From Eubacteriales bacterium (GTDB lineage: Bacteria > Bacillota > Clostridia > Oscillospirales > CAG-272): a stretch of 64,000 nt of DNA. The first letter of the stretch is position 1; the number at the start of each line of letters is the position of its first letter. The position numbers and the translations under genes are program-made. The stretch spans positions 1,682-65,681 of the forward strand of contig JAZNXN010000033.1 of NCBI GenBank assembly GCA_045593885.1, written 5' to 3'. Below the pieces are notes generated by a model that made no database searches, had not been told where the DNA came from, and saw only the letters and a list, made by a program, of their open reading frames with translations. This document shows positions 58,974 to 64,000 of the stretch, piece after piece.

Positions 58974-60791
58974 ATGAAGGTAAGCTGTGAAAAATGCGGA
59001 AGAGAATGGGATAACGAGCACGCATCCGAGTGTCCCTTCTGCTACGAAATAACCGACAATCTTAAAAATCCCGAAATGATAATGGCGAAGGCGTATGCAC
59101 TCCAGAATGACAAAAGTCTGAGAGGCAGGCTCCTCAACAGTAAAAGGGAGATAGCCGAGCTTTACGCCGCCGCCGCTAAAATGGGCGAGGCTGAGGCTCA
59201 GTATGAGTATGCCCGCTGTCTTGAGGAGGGCATCGGTGTAAAGAAAAGCATTGATAATGCTCTCGTATGGTACAAGTGCGCCGCCCGTCAGGGACTCTCG
59301 AAGGCGCAGTATAAGCTCGCGTGTTTAATTCTTGACAACTGTACGGTAAATAATCCCTCGGATATTGCGTATTTCTGGCTGCGCGTTTCGGCAGAGTTCG
59401 GAAATCCCGATGCACAGTACAAGCTGTCGCACTGCTATGACAAGGGTGAGGGCACAACCCCCTCGCCGAAGCACGCAATATATTGGCTGGCGCAGAGCGC
59501 GGAGAGCGGCAGTGTCACCGCCGCGCTCGAAATAGCAGAGATATTCACCGAGGGCAAGGTTATTGATGCAAACTACGCCGTTGCGAGATGGTTTCTGCTC
59601 AAATACGACGGCGTGAGCAAGCAGGCGCACGCAATGCTATCCCGTCTTGACCAGGGAATTGCCGAGTCACCCGAAAACATCATAAAGCTGCGTCGCTCCG
59701 AGGAAAGATACGAGCTCGGTCAGCGCGCGCTGAAGGAAAAGGAATACACGATAGCGTACAAGCTGTTTTACCTCTCTGCAGACGAGGGCTATATGCCCGC
59801 GCAGGACCGTCTGGCATACTGCTACATAAACGGCTACGGCGTCGCCGCCGACGTTGAGGAAGGACGGAGATTGCTCGAGGCGGCTCATGCGAAGGGCTGC
59901 AGCTTTGCAACGCTCTACCTCGGCGACTGCTACCGCGACGGAATTTTCGAGCGTGACTATGCACGCGCTATGGAATATTACAGGCGCGCTGCAGAGAGTG
60001 GAAATGCTCAGGCGCAATACACGCTCGCAAACTGCTATTTTGAGGGTGACATCGTTGAATGTAACATACCCCTCGCGGGAAAATGGTATGAGAAGGCAGG
60101 CTCACAGGGCTACGAGGAAGCGCTGGCGAAGATGCAGAAAATTCATCAGTACGTTGAAAGCTCCTTTAACAGAGGAATAGATGCCGAAGGAATCGGTGAC
60201 GAGGAAACGGCATTCGCCTGCTATTCAGAGGCGGCGGAATTTAACCACAGCGGCGCACTCTGCAACCTCGGAAAATGCTATCAGAAGGGCACCGGCTGCG
60301 AAAAGGACTACAAAAAGAGCGTTGAGTGCTATATAAGAGCGATTTCCTTGGGCTCGGATATCGCGCGCTTCAACCTCGGTCTTTGTTATCTCAAGGGACA
60401 GGGTGTTGAATACAGCTACAAAAAGGCGCGTGCACTTATGACAGCGGCTCTCGACAATGGAATTACCGAGGCAAAATCGGTGCTCGACAAGATGGACGAG
60501 CGCAAGAGAAGGAAGGCGGCGCAGAGGCTATACTCCACCTCATGCGTGGTATACAAGCGAGGCGAGGCGAACAAGGCATTGCAGATTCGCCTGTACGCAG
60601 CGAAAACGGGCAGTGCACGGGCGCAATACCTCATCGGCTGTCACTACGAATTCGGCATAGGAGTTGAGGAAAACCGCACCACCGCAAATATGTGGTACAA
60701 GAAGGCGGCAGAGGGTGGCTACGACACCTCGAAGGCAAATCTCAAGCGCGAATTTCTCAACAGCGTCGTAAAAACAATGCTGGATAATTAA
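58974..60791 (+). CDS. Sel1-like repeat protein with N-terminal zinc ribbon
   Basis: Many AQY.L..CY..G.GV......A..WY..AA..G repeats; CEKC...CPFC; RBS GGAGG. Confidence 0.9.
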   Translation: MKVSCEKCGREWDNEHASECPFCYEITDNLKNPEMIMAKAYALQNDKSLRGRLLNSKREIAELYAAAAKMGEAEAQYEYARCLEEGIGVKKSIDNALVWYKCAARQGLSKAQYKLACLILDNCTVNNPSDIAYFWLRVSAEFGNPDAQYKLSHCYDKGEGTTPSPKHAIYWLAQSAESGSVTAALEIAEIFTEGKVIDANYAVARWFLLKYDGVSKQAHAMLSRLDQGIAESPENIIKLRRSEERYELGQRALKEKEYTIAYKLFYLSADEGYMPAQDRLAYCYINGYGVAADVEEGRRLLEAAHAKGCSFATLYLGDCYRDGIFERDYARAMEYYRRAAESGNAQAQYTLANCYFEGDIVECNIPLAGKWYEKAGSQGYEEALAKMQKIHQYVESSFNRGIDAEGIGDEETAFACYSEAAEFNHSGALCNLGKCYQKGTGCEKDYKKSVECYIRAISLGSDIARFNLGLCYLKGQGVEYSYKKARALMTAALDNGITEAKSVLDKMDERKRRKAAQRLYSTSCVVYKRGEANKALQIRLYAAKTGSARAQYLIGCHYEFGIGVEENRTTANMWYKKAAEGGYDTSKANLKREFLNSVVKTMLDN

Positions 60792-60849
60792 AATCCTTTG
60801 CCGAAAATGCTTGACTTTGAAATTCGATAATTAAAAACAGTAAAAAAAC

Positions 60850-60878
60850 AAAGGAACGGTTTTCACCGTTCCTTTTTT
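60850..60878. terminator. Terminator between convergent genes
   Basis: AAAGGAACGGT-tttc-ACCGTTCCTTTTTT. Confidence 0.85.
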
Positions 60879-61042
60879 GCCTGTAAACAACCGTTTACAT
60901 TTGCATTTTTAGTATTTTCTTATCCTTTGCCTGCTCGGATAATTTTAATTATCCCAATGGGAAATAATCCAACATTTCCAAGCCTTCGTTAGTGAGAAGG
61001 GGATTGTATTTGTTCTCCGAAAGCAGAACGTCCGTCCTCTTT

Positions 61043-63064
61043 TTATTCATTTACAAGGGCGAAGCGCACACGTCTGGCGGAAATATCGGTGCTGATAACC
61101 CTCACCCTGATTTTGTCAGCAAGACAGTATTTTCTCTCGCCCGAATACAGAGCTATATTTTTCTCGTCGTAAATAAAGCCTTCGCCAAGCTCGGAAAGAA
61201 GTATGAGTCCCTCGCAGGTATTTTCGAGCTCCGCGAAGATTCCAAACGAGGTAATCATAGTTATCGACGCGTCAAATTCCTCTCCGATAAATTTCTCCAT
61301 ATAGATACATTTATAGAGGTCGTCTATTGCCCTCTCCGCAGTCATAGCGCGCAGCTCTGCCTCGCTCGCCGCCGCAGCCGCACGGCGCGCGTAGCCAGTA
61401 TATTTATTGGGGGTGTCACCCGAAATCAGCGTTGCCTTTATTATTCTGTGAGTGGCAAGGTCGGACAAGCGTCTTATCGGCGAGGTGAAATGGCAGTATC
61501 TCTCAATGCCGAGTCCGAAATGCCCGACACACCTATCCGAATACTTTGCCTTCGCCATCGTGCGAAGAATTATATAGGAAACCGCATCTCCCTTGCCGCT
61601 GTCGCGCGCCTTTTCGAGTATGCGCTGAAAATCCTTGCCTGTTATATTTTTGCCGACACCCGACAAATCAAAGCCCGAGTTGTGAGCGAAGGAGAGGAAA
61701 TCATGAAGCTTCTCCGCCACGGGCGGCTCGTGTATTCTGTAAACGCATGGGTAGTCCTTTTCCTTCATAAGTGTGGCAACCCCCTCGTTTGCGGCGAGCA
61801 TAAACTGCTCTATCAGGCGCTCGGCATCTCCTCTCTCGCGGCGCAGAATATCGACGGGCTCACCCCTGTCGTCAAGCAGAATTCTCGCTTCCGCACGGTC
61901 AAGCTCCATAGCACCCCTCTCTACTGCGCGGTGCAAGAGAATGAGATAGAGCTCCCGCATTTTACAAAGCGTCGGGTATGCCGACTTGTATTTTCCGAAG
62001 AACTCCGAGTCCTCGCCCTTGTCGAACAGGTCGTTTACCTCGCTGTAAACACCCCTGATTTTTGATTCTATTACACTCTTTTCCACCCTTGTCGACTTGA
62101 TTTTTCCGTCGGGTGTAAGGGTAATAAATGCACTCAGCGCATATTTTTTCTCTCCCGCATTTAGCGAGCAGGCGCCGTTTGAGAGTGCACGGGGGAGCAT
62201 AGGCACCACCTTGTCGGTGAAATAAACGCTCGTACCCCTTCTCATTGCCGCACGGTCGAGCGCGGTTTTCGGTGTGACGTACTCGCTGACGTCAGCTATA
62301 TGAACACCCAGAAGATAATCGCCGTTTTCAAGAACGTCGAGGGATATCGCATCGTCAAGGTCCTTGGCATCTGCACCGTCGATTGTGAAAATCATTTTGT
62401 CGGTGAAATCTTTTCTGCCCTCAAGCGTTATTGGCATCTGTGACAGACACTTGGCGAGGGATATTGCCTCAGGCTCAAATTCGGTTTCTATTCCGTTCTC
62501 CGAGAGTATGGCAAGATAGTTTGCCTCTCTTGAATCCGCAGGTCCGAAGTTTTCGGTTATCGTACCGAAAAGCCCCATACGGCTCTTGCGGTCAAGCTTG
62601 ACCAAAACCTTATCACCCTCGACTGCATCGGGGGGCGGTACTACGCCGATTTCGCCGATTTTTGAGCTGTCGGGTATCACGAAATAGCGCGTTACCCCTC
62701 TCATTCTTCCCTGCCTTGCTGCATTTCTGCCTGCGGTATGCGAGCATAGCGTGCCTACCACCTCAGCACTCGAATATTCGAGGATTTCAACAACCTCTCC
62801 CTCAAGCCTTTCGTCATAGCCGCAAAAATATGAAATTTTAACCTTGTCACCGTTGAGGGCACGGGATGCCTTCGCCGCAGGGATAAATACGTCCTCGCGC
62901 AGTCCCTCTGCGCTGACAAAGCCGTAGCCGTAGCGCGTAGAGCGAAATTCACCTATAGCCGTTTTTTTCTGCGTGGGCTTATGCTTTTTTCTCTCAAGCC
63001 CACGATAGAGCTTGCTCTGCGCCCCTCTGCTCTTATGCTTTCTTATATTCTTATTTTTCTTCAT
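61043..63064 (-). CDS. rnr: Ribonuclease R (RNB family)
   Basis: TIDGADAKDLDDA, VHIADV, IEQFMLAAN, HFTSPIRR; CSD and S1 domains; downstream of secG. Confidence 0.92.
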   Translation of the reverse strand: MKKNKNIRKHKSRGAQSKLYRGLERKKHKPTQKKTAIGEFRSTRYGYGFVSAEGLREDVFIPAAKASRALNGDKVKISYFCGYDERLEGEVVEILEYSSAEVVGTLCSHTAGRNAARQGRMRGVTRYFVIPDSSKIGEIGVVPPPDAVEGDKVLVKLDRKSRMGLFGTITENFGPADSREANYLAILSENGIETEFEPEAISLAKCLSQMPITLEGRKDFTDKMIFTIDGADAKDLDDAISLDVLENGDYLLGVHIADVSEYVTPKTALDRAAMRRGTSVYFTDKVVPMLPRALSNGACSLNAGEKKYALSAFITLTPDGKIKSTRVEKSVIESKIRGVYSEVNDLFDKGEDSEFFGKYKSAYPTLCKMRELYLILLHRAVERGAMELDRAEARILLDDRGEPVDILRRERGDAERLIEQFMLAANEGVATLMKEKDYPCVYRIHEPPVAEKLHDFLSFAHNSGFDLSGVGKNITGKDFQRILEKARDSGKGDAVSYIILRTMAKAKYSDRCVGHFGLGIERYCHFTSPIRRLSDLATHRIIKATLISGDTPNKYTGYARRAAAAASEAELRAMTAERAIDDLYKCIYMEKFIGEEFDASITMITSFGIFAELENTCEGLILLSELGEGFIYDEKNIALYSGERKYCLADKIRVRVISTDISARRVRFALVNE

Positions 63065-63109
63065 AATAAATCACCAAAAAAGGTGGGACTGTCCGTCCCA
63101 CCCTTGCTA

Positions 63110-63403
63110 TTACTCAATAAACTGCTTCCAGCTCTCGCCGAACAGCGTAGACTCCGTACCCGTGTACTGCATGCAATACATTGCAATTGCGAGAACAACG
63201 AACAGGATTGCCGCAACCAGCGTTGCTATCGAAAGTATCTTTTCCTTCTTGGAGCCGAGTCCCTTACCGTAGAAGGTTTCAGCACCTCCTGCAATAGTTC
63301 CGGAAAGTCCCTGAGACTTGGACTTCTGGAGAAGAACCGCTACTATAAGGAATACGCCGAGTACCATAAGAAGTACAGCAAAAACAATCTGAAGAACTGT
63401 CAT
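63110..63403 (-). CDS. secG: Preprotein translocase subunit SecG
   Basis: VLLQKSKSQGLSGTIAGGAETF between two TM helices; secG-rnr synteny. Confidence 0.9.
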   Translation of the reverse strand: MTVLQIVFAVLLMVLGVFLIVAVLLQKSKSQGLSGTIAGGAETFYGKGLGSKKEKILSIATLVAAILFVVLAIAMYCMQYTGTESTLFGESWKQFIE

Positions 63404-63544
63404 AATTAAATCTTGCCCACCGAAAAACGGGCTTATACCTCCCAAAAATTAATCAAATTTGTCCATAAGGACACTATAACGTTGTTATTCTATCACACAA
63501 ATTTCTAAAAATCAAGTGTTTTTTCAAAAAATGTATTAAATATT

Positions 63545-64000
63545 TTATTTTGTCAGTCCGAGCGCACGGTTAACGAGGTTGTCGCAGGCGCGTGAGGACA
63601 GGGTGCGCGCGGTGGACAGGCTCTCGCCTATCGCCCGTATCACGCGTATATCGGGCAGAGGAATATTTGAATAGTCGCCTACGCTGACGAGCCCCTCTCC
63701 CGATATCACCGAGCAATATTTTTCGTAAAGGGTACTCGACAAAAGCGCGTAAAGACCGTGGAGCTCCGCGCTGTCCATTTCCCTCTCGTCCGAGTAATCT
63801 ATGTATACGAGCTTGTTATGCGTGCTGATGCTCTCATATCCGTAATTTTGCGATGCAAGATAAACGGCACACACCAGATGCCGTCCGTCAGAGCGTGAGG
63901 GCACGCGCTTCATAACAAGAATGTTCTTGTTCTGCTGGGACAGCGATGGAATTATCGGCTGAATATATTTCCTCGATACGTCCATATCAATATAGCCGTA
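63545..64000 (-). CDS. C-terminal part of a putative BsuBI/PstI-like adenine DNA methyltransferase (truncated by window edge)
   Basis: Frame is open to the edge; KR.P....R.LVCAVY...ISTHNKL.YI...GLYALLSSTLYE.Y...ISG...V......IPLP resembles, from recall, the C-terminus of that family. Confidence 0.45.
   Translation of the reverse strand, partial: YGYIDMDVSRKYIQPIIPSLSQQNKNILVMKRVPSRSDGRHLVCAVYLASQNYGYESISTHNKLVYIDYSDEREMDSAELHGLYALLSSTLYEKYCSVISGEGLVSVGDYSNIPLPDIRVIRAIGESLSTARTLSSRACDNLVNRALGLTK

Noticed and set aside
1-64000. CRISPR array, rRNA, tRNA or transposase genes
   Set aside because: No regularly spaced repeats, cloverleaf or rRNA signatures, or transposase motifs recognised; intergenic spaces are short

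Overview
Chromosomal window from a Clostridia-like Firmicute; the lineage is inferred from gene content and near-consensus sigma-A promoters. Most of it is housekeeping and carbohydrate genes: GH42-like galactosidase, recX-recA-galK-miaA, 8-oxoG glycosylase, glycolipid GT28, heterodimeric ABC exporter, DinG/XPD-like helicase, hpt, flavodiiron protein plus rubredoxin, EPS priming GTs, four right-handed beta-helix proteins, Sel1 protein, rnr and secG. The standout is a ~12.9 kb single-operon, podovirus-like virion cassette at 10355-23240. It encodes scaffold, major capsid, adaptor, an LRR-containing tail-nozzle-like protein, fibre-like proteins, three membrane proteins, then small/large terminase and portal. 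No integrase, repressor, replication gene, endolysin or att repeat is visible, and it sits between ordinary host genes behind two terminators. This is the profile of a domesticated, gene-transfer-agent-like (GTA-like) element; that function is inference and was not tested. Secondary signals: a dispersed ~100-nt covarying hairpin repeat placed just after stop codons, an SMC/YhaN-like protein that has lost its Walker motifs, an XRE/zinc-ribbon module with visible operators, candidate leader attenuators, and small genes missed or mis-started by the ORF track (rubredoxin, 41-aa and 61-aa ORFs). No database searches were run; all calls come from motif recognition by eye.
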